Numbered from the stretch's first letter, positions 51,194-63,990 are shown. The stretch is DNA of 64,000 nt from Eledone cirrhosa (GCA_964016885.1 OZ024741.1:153326001-153390000), one strand, 5' to 3'. Numbers and translations: made by a program. Notes: generated by a model from the sequence alone, not told the origin.

Positions 51194-52122
51194 CATATAT
51201 ATACATATATATATATACATATATACATATATACATCATCTTTCATCACCGTTTTAAGTCCGTTCTTCCATGCTAGCATGGGTTAGACGGCTTGTCCTGT
51301 TGTGGGCAGTGTCTGGTCGGCTGACCATGCCTTGCTCATACAGGAACTGATTTTGGCTTGATTTCTACAGCTGGATGCCCTTCCTAACACCAACCTCATT
51401 TACAATGAGTGCTGGGTGCTTTTTTTCCGTGGCGCCTACACGTCCACTTTACAGTGTGGGCTGGGTGCTTTTTTGCCGTGGCACCTCCACGACCACTTTG
51501 CAGAGGGAGTGTGTCGGGGCATATTGTCTATATGCTTCAGCTTGTACCCATTGGAGGTCGGGTACTCTGTATTACTGCATGACGCCAGAGGTCATGGTCG
51601 TGTGTCATCGCCTTTGAGAGGTGAAATTGGGTAAGGTCGGCTTTTATCACCTCATCCAAGGTCTTCTTGGGTCTCCCCACTCCGCGGTTTCCATTGACTT
51701 CTAGTGCTCTGCACCTTTTTATGCAGCTGTCATCCTTCATACGCATCACACGTCCATACCAACGCAACCGCCTCTCCTGCACACAGTATTTGATTCCTCT
51801 TATGCTCAGTCTCTCTCTCAATTCATTTATGCTTTGCCATTCGCGTATATTACTATTACACATCCATCGGAGCATGCAGGCTTCGTTTCTTTCTAATCTA
51901 CGTAAGTCTTCCACCTTCAGTGCCCAGGTCTCACTACAATGTAACATTGCTATTCGGATACATGCATCATACAGTCTGCCTTTGAGGGAGAAGCCTTTTG
52001 CAGCTAGCAGGGGCAGTAGTTCCCTGAACTTCTTCCATCCTGTTCTTACCCTAGTCATTGTACTTTCTGAACACCCACCTCCGCTGCTAATTCGGTCACC
52101 TAGGTAGCAGAAGCTGTCTACT
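50840..52122. mobile_element. RTE family A 3' fragments (50840-51060 +, 51236-52122 -)
   Basis: 51236-52122 is highly similar to 11596-12490. Confidence 0.88.
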
Positions 52123-52178
52123 GTTTACATATATATATATATATATACATATATATACATATAGATATATACATATAG

Positions 52179-52211
<33 letters not shown>

Positions 52212-52379
52212 CATATAGATATATACATATATATATACATATATATATAAATATATATATACATATATATATAAATATATATATACATATATAGTAATAA
52301 TAATAAATTTGAAGACTAAAATCCAAAGAGGGCTCGATAAGGATAAATATATATCAAATATATAAGAACCGTAGAGCAA

Positions 52380-52512
52380 ATATTTATTAAAATAACAGAT
52401 TAAAGTTTAAGCAAAGAATCGCTGCTTTCACCCTTAACGGGATCTTCAGAAGATCCCGTTAAGGGTGAAAGCAGCGATTCTTTGCTTAAACTTTAATCTG
52501 TTATTTTAATAA

Positions 52513-52516
<4 letters not shown>
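52380..52516. repeat. Perfect 68-bp-arm palindrome centred inside a hammerhead-like core
   Basis: Centre at 52448; minus strand reads CUGAAGA-UCCCGUUAAGGGU-GAAA; related sequence at 10450-10503. Confidence 0.8.
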
Positions 52517-52545
<29 letters not shown>

Positions 52546-52957
52546 TGTAGGAGGTGAGTTTTATTGTAGTACAATAAAGCAATGCAGATATCGGATAAGT
52601 AGCACTCTACAGTTTGTAGGACTGGAGTATAAATAATAATATATAAAAAGATGGTTAAAAGAGTTCCATGTATTATATTAAGCTCATTTCAAAAACAAAT
52701 ATCATCATGCAATAACATTTGCGTTTTCGTCAGATAAAATAGGGAGACATGATATGAAGGTTAAAACACACTTGTGAATAGTGCAGTTTTAAATCAACAT
52801 AAAACTGCACTATTCACAAGTGTGTTTTAACCTTCATATCATGTCTCCCTATTTTATCTGACGAAAACGCAAATGTTATTGCATGACGATATTTGTTTTT
52901 GAAATGCGCATAATAAAATACATGGAACTCTTTTAACCATCTTTTGATCTTATATAT
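52546..52957. mobile_element. Fold-back element with hammerheads (52850-52920 + intact, 52671-52741 - mutated); paralog of 41387-41680
   Basis: UAUUUUAU-CUGACGA-long helix II-GAAA-UGCGCA-UA-AUAAAAUA; arms ~52646-52790 and 52801-52945. Confidence 0.85.
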
Positions 52958-53040
<83 letters not shown>

Positions 53041-53123
53041 TATATACATATAGATATATACATATAGATATATACATATATATATACATATATATATACA
53101 TATATATATAAATATATATATAA

Positions 53124-53198
<75 letters not shown>

Positions 53199-53400
53199 TG
53201 CTGTCACTGGTGGAGGTATATATATATATATATATATATATACATCTTAAAAAGGCATGTTAATCATAATTTTATTACCTATTATGGTTTTTCTTTAAAT
53301 ATATATATATATATATATATTTGTGTATAGTGGTAGCTATGGTGCTTCCGTAGGCGGTATGCCAAAATTAGCACTCGATATTCATCAGAGTAGAGTGTAG

Positions 53401-53739
53401 ATATTATCAAGAAAACGAAAAATCAGTGATGCATCTGGACTTAGTTTATTTCGTGTTACAAATGTTTCGCCGGCATGTAGCTCGAGTCATGGTCCTTGAA
53501 TGGATCTGGGTGATTCTACTTCTGCGGGTTCTTTCAGACACGGGTGTTATGTCCGGAGCAAATTTTATCACTGAAATTTGCTCTGGACATAACACCCGTG
53601 TCTGAAAGAACCCGCAGAAGTAGAATCACCCAGATCCATACAAGGACCATGACTCGAGCTACATGCCGGCGAAACATTTGTAACACGAAATAAACTAAGT
53701 CCAGATGCATCACTGATTTTTCATTCTCTTGATAATATA
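53401..53739. mobile_element. Fold-back element with variant hammerheads bearing an extended helix II (53597-53687 +, 53452-53542 -)
   Basis: CGUGU-CUGAAAGA-~60-nt imperfect hairpin-GAAA-CAUUUG-UA-ACACG; arms 53401-53565 and 53574-53739. Confidence 0.7.
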
Positions 53740-53814
53740 TATATATTTAAATATATATATATTTAAATATATATATATTTAAATATATATATATTTAAAT
53801 ATATATATATTTAA

Positions 53815-53983
53815 AATTAGAATTGGTGCTCTGAAATAGCGATATATATATATGAATGTCACTACTCTAAAACAATAGCGTAAGGTCTTTGAAATGCTTT
53901 TAATTAAGCATGCAGTGTATTGCAAAATACACTGTATATACATTCATATATATATCGCTATTTCAGAGCATCAATTCTAATTT
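53815..53983. mobile_element. Fold-back fragment of the family at 61969-62430
   Basis: ttagaattggtgctctgaaatagcgat and its reverse complement at the two ends. Confidence 0.7.
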
Positions 53984-54030
53984 TATATATATATGTATAT
54001 GTATATATATATATATGTATATATATATGC

Positions 54031-54109
<79 letters not shown>

Positions 54110-54112
54110 CAT

Positions 54113-54146
<34 letters not shown>

Positions 54147-54166
54147 ATATACATATATATATACAT

Positions 54167-54198
<32 letters not shown>

Positions 54199-54204
54199 GT
54201 GTAT

Positions 54205-54590
54205 ATCGTCGTCATCGTCATCGTTTAACGTCTAAACCCATGCTAGCATGGGTTTAGACGGGAATTGTCCTACTTGAGGCGAGATTGGTCGGGTGACCAT
54301 GTCTCGCTCGTATAGGACTGTCTGGCAGGTTTTCTACAGCTGGATGCCCTTCCTAACACCAATCACGTTTACAGTGAGTGCTGGGAGGTTTTTACCGTGT
54401 TACCTACACGGCCACATTACAGCGTGGACTGTGTGTTTTTTTTGTCGTGACACCTACACAACCTCATTTATTTAGGACTGGATGTTGTGGTACCAATAAC
54501 TTTACAGAGAAAGGGTGGTGTTGGTGGGAGTGGGGTGGAGTAGGGGTAGTGGGATGGGGTGTATATTTGGTTAAGAGGTGCCTACTGACT
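54205..54590 (-). mobile_element. RTE family A 3' UTR fragment
   Basis: Matches the 35.2 and 46.5 kb 3' ends. Confidence 0.85.
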
Positions 54591-54961
54591 AGCACTGCTT
54601 GAGAGGAAGTTTCTTCTCTGAAGAACTTCTGCTGTCCAGCTCTCCAGAGAATTTCTTACCACTATATCATCATCATCATCATCATTTTACATCTGCTGTT
54701 CTGCTATGTGTAATGGGAAAGTAAACTTCTTAAAAGATTAACATGCCTTTCTAAGATGGTAATGCGCATTTTGATGGAAATTTGGCTACTATATCTAGCA
54801 GATCAAGTTACCATATAGAAATACCTTTGTTAGTCCATGTGTGTGCATGTGTTGTATAATCTATAGTTCAAAGATTTGCAAGTGTAATGGTTATGAAAGC
54901 AAACTTCTTAAAAGATTAACCTGCAAGGTAAGATTTATAACACCACTACTTACCTTACTTA

Positions 54962-55032
<71 letters not shown>

Positions 55033-56362
55033 CTGTGTGTGTCTGTGTCTGTGTTTCTACACTATAATATTCACAAACACCTCTACCTACATATATACTC
55101 ACACAAAATCTCGTTCAGAAAACAGTTCATAGTATTTCCCATTTTTTTCATAAGACATTATATGTCACCATCACCATCACCATCACCATCATTCTATTCA
55201 TTGTATATGCATTCCAAAGCAAATACCTCCCCAAACCAGTACATATGTGCACTCCAAGGCAAACACCTGCCCAAACCAGTGTCAATTGTTCCTGTCCTGT
55301 GCTGCTTATATCTATGTATAATGCCCCCTATAAGGTTATTGATTACGTCTCTCCATTTTGTCCTGTTTTCCTCAACTACACAAATATGTCTCATTTGGCC
55401 TCCATTATGTACATATATATCCATGTACATAGCATATATACCATATATACCCATATACATACCACATATCTAGCTGTCTCAAAGACATGACAAACTCTCT
55501 ATTGCTGGTGCCATGATATAATGCATTGGAACATATGTGAAATGCAGACCTCTGGCCCATTCAAGAAGTCAGTGGCTCCGCTTCAGTACTGACTCAGTCC
55601 GTGACAATCCATTCAACTCCTGATAACATGGAAAATGGACATTAAATGATGATAATGTATAAGTTTCACCTTTCTCCGTAATATGATATTAAAAAAACCA
55701 GCATGCATCCTACCTACTGGACCTACAAAATCTCAATTTAAAATATATAATGCATTGTAAATATTGTATGTACATATCCAGATTAGAACAGGAACACCAT
55801 GTACCTGTGTGACATAAAAAACAATGAAAAGGGTTGGCACATGAAAAGGTATCCAGCCATAAAAAAGCCTCCATGAAGTCTGTTCTATTGTGTTGTAAAT
55901 GTTGTACACAAAATTGAGGTGTGACTTATACATAAGTATATATGGAAGCTTTGTCAATCTGTTATCATTTGCTTATGCCCTCATTTTATTTTCCTAAAAC
56001 TTAGCATCCTGTTCTGGGTGAAACTGCATTAGCAGGTTATTAACGAAAAGTACAAAACAGCACTATGATTGCATCACATTAAAAATTAAGTTCTTTAACT
56101 CAAATATTTTCACAACAATCTGTCTGCTAGTAAAGATATCATAAACATTTGAATAAACAGATAACATGAAACCACATTAGCAAGACATTCTTGAAAAGTA
56201 TTATACACAGTACTATAACTGTACCACAATAAAAGTTAATGTTTTAACACTGCAAATTTTCACAACAATTTGTTCACTAGTAAAGATACTATAAACATTT
56301 AAACTAACCAACCCATTTTTTAGGTATTTGCTATTAAAACATTACAAGATATTAAGACATAA

Positions 56363-56948
56363 TGGTTACAGTTAATATTTACTATTACAACTTGTTTAGT
56401 CTTGGTTAATTAATATTTACTATTATAACTAGTTTCCTTCTGGTTACAGTTAATATTTACTATTACAACTAGTTTAGATATAGTTACAGTTAATATTTAC
56501 TATTACAACTAGTTTAGTCATAATTACAGTTAATATTTACTATTACAACTAGTTTAGTCCTGGTTACAGTTAATATTTACTATTACAGCTAGTTTAGTCC
56601 TGGTTACAGTTAATATTTACTATTACAACTAGTTTAATCATAATTACAGTTAATATTTACTATTACAACTAGTTTAGTCATATTTACAGTTAATATTTAC
56701 TATTACAACTAGTTTAGTCATATTTACAGTTAATATTTACTATTACAACTAGTTTAGTCATATTTACAGTTAATATTTACTATTACAACTAGTTTAGTTC
56801 TGGTTACAGTTAATATTTACTATTACTATTAGTTTTCTCCAGGTTGCAGTTAATATTTACTATAACAACTAGTTTCCTCTTGGTTATAGTTAATATTTAT
56901 CATTACGACTAATTTAGTCCTGGTTACAGTTAGTATTTACTACTACAA
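56363..56948. repeat. 40-bp AT-rich minisatellite (tggttacagttaatatttactattacaactagtttagtcc), about 14 copies
   Basis: Direct tandem repeats. Confidence 0.95.
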
Positions 56949-58220
56949 CAACTTTTTTCTGATTGCCTATGGTTAGTTTGAGAGTTCAGATGTCCTTTGT
57001 TGATGGTGTAATTAACTGATAGCTAACAGGGAGATGAGTCAGTTAGTAAACTCACACTAACTCTCTATGTCAGTTGTTGAGATAGTTACCCATTTAATAC
57101 CAACCTGCCTGAAGCTACTCAGTTTCTATGATAAAGAGAAAACATTGGTACCAAACCTGTTGAAACCGACCTGATTCTACAATACAAAACTATTTTAAAG
57201 TGTTTATATTTATCAAAACTCTTCCATCAACATTTTATGTAAGAATCTTTTGTCCTCATGTTTTAAACACCAACTTAATAACGAGAAAGTTATTTTATTA
57301 AATCCTTCCAAATTCCTGATTATTTTCAAAATTATCAACTTAATAATTATCAACTTAATAATAGAAAAGTTAGTGATTTTACAAAAATCAAAATTCTTAG
57401 CTTTTAACCCTTTAGCATTTCAACTGGCTGTACCTGGCCAGAATTCTCTCAACTCTTTCGGCTCAAACCAGCTGTAACTGGCTGCTCATACTAATGTTAA
57501 GGTATTGTTCTCAAAATAGATATCAAAGTTTCATAGATTCAATATTATGTGAGATAATTATATGAGATAAAGCCTTTACCATGAAAATATATAGAGTAAT
57601 GTAAATGATAAAGGGTTAAAACAGTGACTGTTATAATTCACTAGTGAGACAACTATGTGATCACCTGACCTGCTAGAAATGGAAGCCAATTCTTTCAAAT
57701 CACACCCTATCATCATCAAACAGGAAAACCACGCTGGAAAATATAGTCTGAAATATACAAAAATATATTGTAAAAGAGTCATTTTAGTTTCCTAAGAACA
57801 AATAAAAACTGTTATATATATATAAAACAGGTTGTTGTTGTTGCTGTGTCAGTAATTAACTTTGACTAAGCAGATTCAATCAATAGATCAGATGGATTTA
57901 GGTAAAGATGGTGTGCAATAATAAAGCTGAGAGAGAGAAGGAACAGAGTGGCGAAAGAGAGAGAAAGGGAGAGGGAAGGAGAGAGAGAGAATGGGAGATG
58001 TACAGGGAGAGAGAGAGAGATGAGATATGGACAGAGAAAGAGGGGAAAGATGCACATAGTGTGAGAGAGGAGTGAAATGTAAGAGAGAGAGAGATGAAGG
58101 ACAAAGTAAATGTATGATCAAATGTGTGGTCAAGAGTGTTGAAGAGTAAACAGATGTCTGTCCTAGCAGTAAGCTTTCATATATTTAATTGTTATTTAAA
58201 ATCATGGAAGGAGGGACTTG

Positions 58221-58364
58221 TTCCAGATATGTGAACAGTTCTCCCTGAAGAACCTTCTTCCAGATATGTGAGTAGTTCTCCCAGAAGAGCTTTCTTCCAG
58301 ATATGTGAGTAGTTCTCCCAGAAGAGCTTTCTTCCAGATATGTGAGTAGTTCTCCCAGAAGAGC
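58221..58364. repeat. 37-bp tandem repeat, 4 copies
   Basis: ttccagatatgtgagtagttctcccagaagagctttc. Confidence 0.9.
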
Positions 58365-58705
58365 GCTTTCATGTATTCACTTCAAAAAATATTTTTGCCT
58401 ATACAAATGGAAATCTAACCTGTATACATTTTCTGAGTGAATATATGATTACCTTACCTGGTAACTAGAGATAGAACAGCATATCAGTTGTTGTGAGTGT
58501 GAGGCTTCTAGAAAATCAGATCAGATGTTTTTTTTTAACAATTACATCATGGTGGAATATATATTACATAGGTTATCAACTTGGAGTTTAGATAAATTGT
58601 GATTTTCTGCTAATTTTCATAAAAAGAGGTGATGTTTTGAGCAGAGTACTGATATATTTGTATATGATTTTGTGTGTGTGTGTCCATAAACATATATACC
58701 CCCTG

Positions 58706-58790
<85 letters not shown>

Positions 58791-58793
<3 letters not shown>

Positions 58794-60097
58794 GGTGTGG
58801 ACGATATTTGCTCGCAAGATTACTGTCTAGGAAAAAGTAACACAGTAGTTTTATTTTTTAAGATATATTTATCAAACTTGGGTCAGTTTGTCTTCATGAC
58901 TTGTTCTTTCGATCTCACTCGATAAACCCGCCATTGGCTTTGATGACGGCCTCAAGGCGGCCTCGGAACCGGCTACAGGCCTTCGTCACTGTCCCCCGAC
59001 TTAGGCCCCTAAAGACACTTGTGATCCTGGCCTTCAGATCGTCTTTCGTATTGCAGCTAGATCTGTTGGTGTCTCGTTCCACTGCGCCCCACACAAAGAA
59101 GTCGAGGGGGTTGCAGTCAGGCGAGCTGGGAGGCCAGATGCCAGGTGAAGTGTGGTCGACAAAGTTCTCTGACAGCCAGGCTTGGGTCTTTTGGCTGGTA
59201 TGGCAGGGCGCTGAGTCTTGCTGCCACACGTACGGCCTACCTGCAGCTGCCTGGTCGATCCAGGGCTTTACTACCTTGCTCAGAACGCGGATGTAGCCAT
59301 CGGTGTTTAGCTTGAGACCCTCAGGGAAGAAGTGAGGTGGCATGACGTCACCTTGACTGCTGACGACACCTAAGACTAATGTTGTCACTGGAAACTTTGT
59401 CTGCATGACTCTGGGCACGTCTTTGGATGAGACAGCGAGCCACCTGTTGTTCTGGGAGTTGATCTTCTGGTCTTGGCAGAAGTTTTTCTCGTCGGAGAAA
59501 AGCCACAGCATGTCTGGCTCCAGTGGGTGTTTCAACTTGTTGATCAGCTTCTTTGCGTGCTTCAGTCGCTTTTCTTGCATCGCCTTTGACAGAAATTGTC
59601 CTTTCCTCATCTTGTATGAAACGTAGCGAATCTCTTCATGTACCACCAGCCTAATGAGCTTTTCATCCATGCCTTTCTCCCTTGCAATGGCACACATCGA
59701 TTTGCTAGGTTCATTGTTGATGATATCCTGAACTTCAGCGACGAACTCGGGTGTTCTGAAGGCGTCAGATAGTCGATCGTGTGTTTTCCTCTCTGATGTT
59801 GCTTCGTAGTCGAATCCTGAATCTTTCAATTCCTTTCTGACCTTTTCCACCATTCTCCTGCTGATGCTGAGAAAGTCTGAAAGTTCTTTATTTGTTCTCC
59901 TGTCGCGGATTCCAAGAAGAACTCCGTGCCTCTTCCTCAAATTTGGAGGTTCAAAATTATTCATAATCAATTATTCTGAAAATAAATAATGGAAATATAG
60001 TCACTGTTTTTATGAAGACAAGAGTGACAACGGAAGTAAAAAAAATTTGCATAAAATTAGCAGTTGAAAATTGCGAACAAATATCGTCCACACCCTG
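58791..60097 (-). mobile_element. Full-length maT (DD37D) Tc1/mariner transposon
   Basis: 27-bp TIRs cagggtgtggacgatatttg(c/t)tcgcaa, TA flanks, intact ORF. Confidence 0.96.
58915..59970 (-). CDS. DD37D transposase, 351 aa, uninterrupted
   Basis: FSDEKNF, QQDSAPCH, SPDCNPLD; 37 residues between the 2nd and 3rd D. Confidence 0.93.
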   Translation of the reverse strand: MIMNNFEPPNLRKRHGVLLGIRDRRTNKELSDFLSISRRMVEKVRKELKDSGFDYEATSERKTHDRLSDAFRTPEFVAEVQDIINNEPSKSMCAIAREKGMDEKLIRLVVHEEIRYVSYKMRKGQFLSKAMQEKRLKHAKKLINKLKHPLEPDMLWLFSDEKNFCQDQKINSQNNRWLAVSSKDVPRVMQTKFPVTTLVLGVVSSQGDVMPPHFFPEGLKLNTDGYIRVLSKVVKPWIDQAAAGRPYVWQQDSAPCHTSQKTQAWLSENFVDHTSPGIWPPSSPDCNPLDFFVWGAVERDTNRSSCNTKDDLKARITSVFRGLSRGTVTKACSRFRGRLEAVIKANGGFIE

Positions 60098-60239
60098 TAT
60101 ATATATATGTATATATATATATATATATGTGTGTATATGTGTGTATTTATACTTGGGTATATATGTATTTTCTTCTGTACTCACTTATCGTTGAGTAAAA
60201 AATTAGGCTGAAACGGACTGCTTCTTCTAATAGTTCTGT

Positions 60240-61575
60240 TACTCACCAATGGTCCATCTTTTGCTACCCTCTTTCTTGACCATAAACCATACGATATTTT
60301 CCCTTTAGATGATAGTTGTCTAAAACATATGGTGTTATAAGAACACAGGCCTCATACACAGAAAGCTTTGTGTTTTTCGTGATCCACTGATCTGACAAGA
60401 TTTGCTTCTCAAGCTTCCCGAAGGCAAGACCCGCTTTCACAATCCTGTGATTTATTTCAGCATTGAGGGTACCATCTCTACTAAGTGTACTTCCAATGTA
60501 CACAAAGCTGTCCACCACCTCAAGCCTTTTACCTCTCACAACCAATGGTTGAGTGTACATGGCCTTTGTCTTTTTTATTCTATTTAGCCCAAACGCAGTA
60601 CATACATTGGACAAGGTGTCCAATCTCAATTGCATGTCCTCTACAGTGTGTGGCACAAAATCTGCATCATCAGCACACAGGAATTCCCTGACAAAAGTGC
60701 CAAATGTTTTGGACTGGATGTTAAAATGCCTTAAATTAAAGACTCTGCCAGAAGTTCTAAATCACAAGTATACGCCAATTTTGAAGTCTTGGAAGGCATA
60801 TGTCATCAGCACAGTGAAGTAGGTACAGAACAGAGTGTGTGCAGAGTGTGTGCTCCATACCATTTTCCACTGAAATTGACTCTGAAAGTGTCCCACTGAA
60901 GTTCACTTTTGCCTTCATATTTTGATGGAGATTTTTTATATTCCATTAAATTGAGAAGGGCATCCAAGTTTCCCCAATATGACCCACAAGGCATTACAAT
61001 TAACAGTATCAAAGGTTTTAGTAAGGTCAACAAATACTTGGTACAGTGGCACTCGCTGCTCAGTGCATTTCTCCATAAACTGGTGGGTAGAGAAAATCAT
61101 GTCCATAGTACCCCGCTCTGCTCTGATTCCACACTGGGTCTCAGGGATGGCACCAGGGCAGATCCATTTTGTTAGTTTATTCAGCAAAACCTTGAATAAG
61201 ACTTTTCTACCGATCAAACAGACTTATACCTTGATAATGAACACATTCCAACTTGGAGTCCTTGCCTTTGTAAATCGAGAGCAAAATTGCATCTACCCCG
61301 TCTTGCGGGACAGGCTCACCATGCCATACAGATAAGACTAGCCCATGAATGGCCATAACAACATTGTTTCCTCCAAAGCAGATTAGCACAAAAGGTATTC
61401 CATCCAAAGCTGGAGCCTTTCCTATGTTTATCTCTTTGATAGTTGACCTTATCTCATCAATGGCTGGATCATACACCATCTCTGTTACAGTCTCCCTTTG
61501 CAGCAGTCCATTAATAATTTCCTCATCAACTACTGATGGGTTATTAAACAGACCTTTAAAGTGTTCAGTCTGTGT
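60240..61575 (-). mobile_element. Decayed RTE-BovB-like LINE RT fragment
   Basis: GKAPALDGIP, PETQCGIR, FVDLTKTFD, CADD, FVYIGS. Confidence 0.85.
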
Positions 61576-61592
61576 ATATATATATATATACA

Positions 61593-61917
61593 CAGTGGAA
61601 ACTCAGTTCATGAACATAAACCATTCCAGAAGGCTAGTCGTCAGTTGAAACGTTTGTGAACTGAAATGTTCAGAGAGAAATACAGTGAGAGAGAGACTGT
61701 GCATGAAAGACAAATAGATATCATCATAGTAACTAACTACACAGCAAGTGACACTTTCCTGCCAATACTCCAAGCTTATTGCTAACTGTTGTTGTCGGCT
61801 TGCATATTCATTACTCGAGACACCATTCATGAATCGAGATGTTTTAGGTGTTCGTAAAAATTGTTCATGAGCTAATTTGTTCACAATGGGAGTCATTCAT
61901 GAACTGAGGTTCCACAG
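61593..61917. mobile_element. Tigger/pogo-like MITE
   Basis: TIR cagtggaaactcagttcatgaa / ttcatgaactgaggttccacag. Confidence 0.7.
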
Positions 61918-61968
<51 letters not shown>

Positions 61969-61973
<5 letters not shown>

Positions 61974-62430
61974 TATATATACAGTGTATTTTGCAATACA
62001 CTGTATGCTTAATTAAAAGCATTTTGAAGACCTTACGCTATTGTTTTAAAGTAGTGACTATGTCACTTACTTCTTTTTTCAACAAACAAAGGGAGATAAG
62101 CTGACAAATCTCTGTTTCATACTGTTGGTATTCCTCGGAGCTTAGCACTCCCCATGTCTGTTGAAAATTATGAATGTTGGATTCTTATAGAATTCCAGTA
62201 ATAATCAGGAACTGATTATACAGAGTGGTTGCCGGTCCAGCAAAAATTGAAATTTAGAATTGGTGCTCTCCCTTTGTTTATTGAAAAAAGAAGTAAGTGA
62301 CATAGTCACTACTTTAAAACAATAGCATAAGGTCTTCAACATGCTTTTAATTAAGCATACAGTGTATTGCAAAATACACTATATATACATTCATATATAC
62401 ATCGCTATTTCAGAGCACCAATTCTATTTT
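61969..62430. mobile_element. Complex inverted PLE-like terminal element with hammerhead at 62097-62144 (-)
   Basis: UAAGCU-CCGAGGA-AUAC/CAACA/GUAU-GAAA-CAGAGAUUUG-UC-AGCUUA; arms 61969-62095 and 62268-62395. Confidence 0.75.
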
Positions 62431-63033
62431 ATATATATATATATATATATATATCCCACACGCCACCTACATCTACAATACGTATAAACACCACACACAC
62501 GTGCATACCCCCACATATTTACACACTCAGCCTCCAGAATCCTCCCCCACCCCTCCCCCACCCCTCTGACCCCTCCCCATCCACACACGCACACACACCT
62601 TTTCCTGAACATGGAACCCCGTTCTTCCCCCAACTCTCACATTCACATACACACACACACATACACCTACACACACACCACCTTCAGCCCTCCCCACTCG
62701 GACACCCCGCCTCCCTCTCCCCACTCCACCCGCCACCACCCCTACACGCCCCACACCCTTCCACCATTTGTTTATCTTCATGTTTATTTTTATTTTTATT
62801 GTTTTTCTATTTATTTTCATTTGTACCCCTTCCACCGTTTCCTGTCACCCCCTTTTTTCTAAATGTCTCTCCCCCACTCCCCTTCACACCCTTGGAACTC
62901 TCTTCCCACACACTTTTCGCCTGAAGAAGGGCTTATGCCCGAAAGGCCCCCCCCCCCCCCACTCTCAAGAGCGTGAAACTAATAAACCTTTGTTCGTACT
63001 GCCTCTCTGTTTTGTTCCCGTGCCATTTTTCAC

Positions 63034-63058
<25 letters not shown>

Positions 63059-63066
<8 letters not shown>

Positions 63067-63293
63067 AATAAACACACAAAGAAGTGTGCTTTGAATTACA
63101 TGGGTTGAAAACAAACTCTATCTATAGTTTGTTCAGGAGTTTAACAGTCATTAAAATGGTTAGTACATTTTAATTCCTTTTTCCAGTTATTATGTATTAT
63201 CCATTTTTTCATAGATTATATGCAATGCACTAAAATGGTTTTCAACCCATGTAATTCAAAACACATTTCTTTGTGTGTTTATTTCTGTATATT
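63059..63293. repeat. Inverted repeat (arms ~63059-63112 and 63238-63293) beside (TA)n
   Basis: Reverse-complement match. Confidence 0.75.
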
Positions 63294-63389
63294 ATATTAT
63301 AAAGAGCCCAGTTTTTATACATTGAGCTCAATAATTACAGGGTATTAATGCAAGTTTTAACTCCATTTTCCATTTATATATATATATAT

Positions 63390-63831
63390 AGACCTCTCCA
63401 AGACAATGTCACTGGACCAAGATCTTTGGCGCTACGCAGTAATACAGAAGACCCACCTTGCCTAAGTGCAAAGCGAAACCTACAGTCAGTAGGCACCTCT
63501 TACCAAAATACACCCCCGTCCCACTACCCCAACCCCATCCACACCACCCCTTTCTCTGTAAAGTTATGTTGGTACCACAACATCCAGTCCTAAATAAATG
63601 AGGTCGTGTAGGTGTCACAACAAAAAACACACAGTCCACGCTGTAATGTGGCCATGTAGGTAACACAGTAAAAACCTCCCAGTCCACACTGTAAATGTGG
63701 TTGGTGTTAGGAAGGGCATCCAGCTGTAGAAAACCTGCCAGACAGTCCTATACGAGCGAGACAACCAATCTTGCCTCAAGTGGGAAAATTCACGTCCAAA
63801 CCCATGCAAGTGTGGAATATGGACGTTAAAC

Positions 63832-63870
<39 letters not shown>
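63390..63870 (+). mobile_element. RTE family A 3' end with (GAT)n tail
   Basis: Matches the 35.2 kb copy. Confidence 0.88.
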
Positions 63871-63990
63871 AGAATAAGGGAATACAAAATTTAGATGATA
63901 AAATCCTTTATTGATAAGGCCATGATACATATTTATAATGGCCTTATCAATAAAGGACTTTATCATCTAAACTTTGTATTTCCTTATTCT
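63871..63990. repeat. Inverted repeat (arms 63871-63923 and 63938-63990)
   Basis: Reverse-complement match; the centre resembles a degenerate hammerhead helix II. Confidence 0.75.

Noticed and set aside
53910-54257. Many YI/IY/CV-rich ORFs here and throughout the window
   Set aside because: Translations of (TA)n and (TG)n microsatellites.
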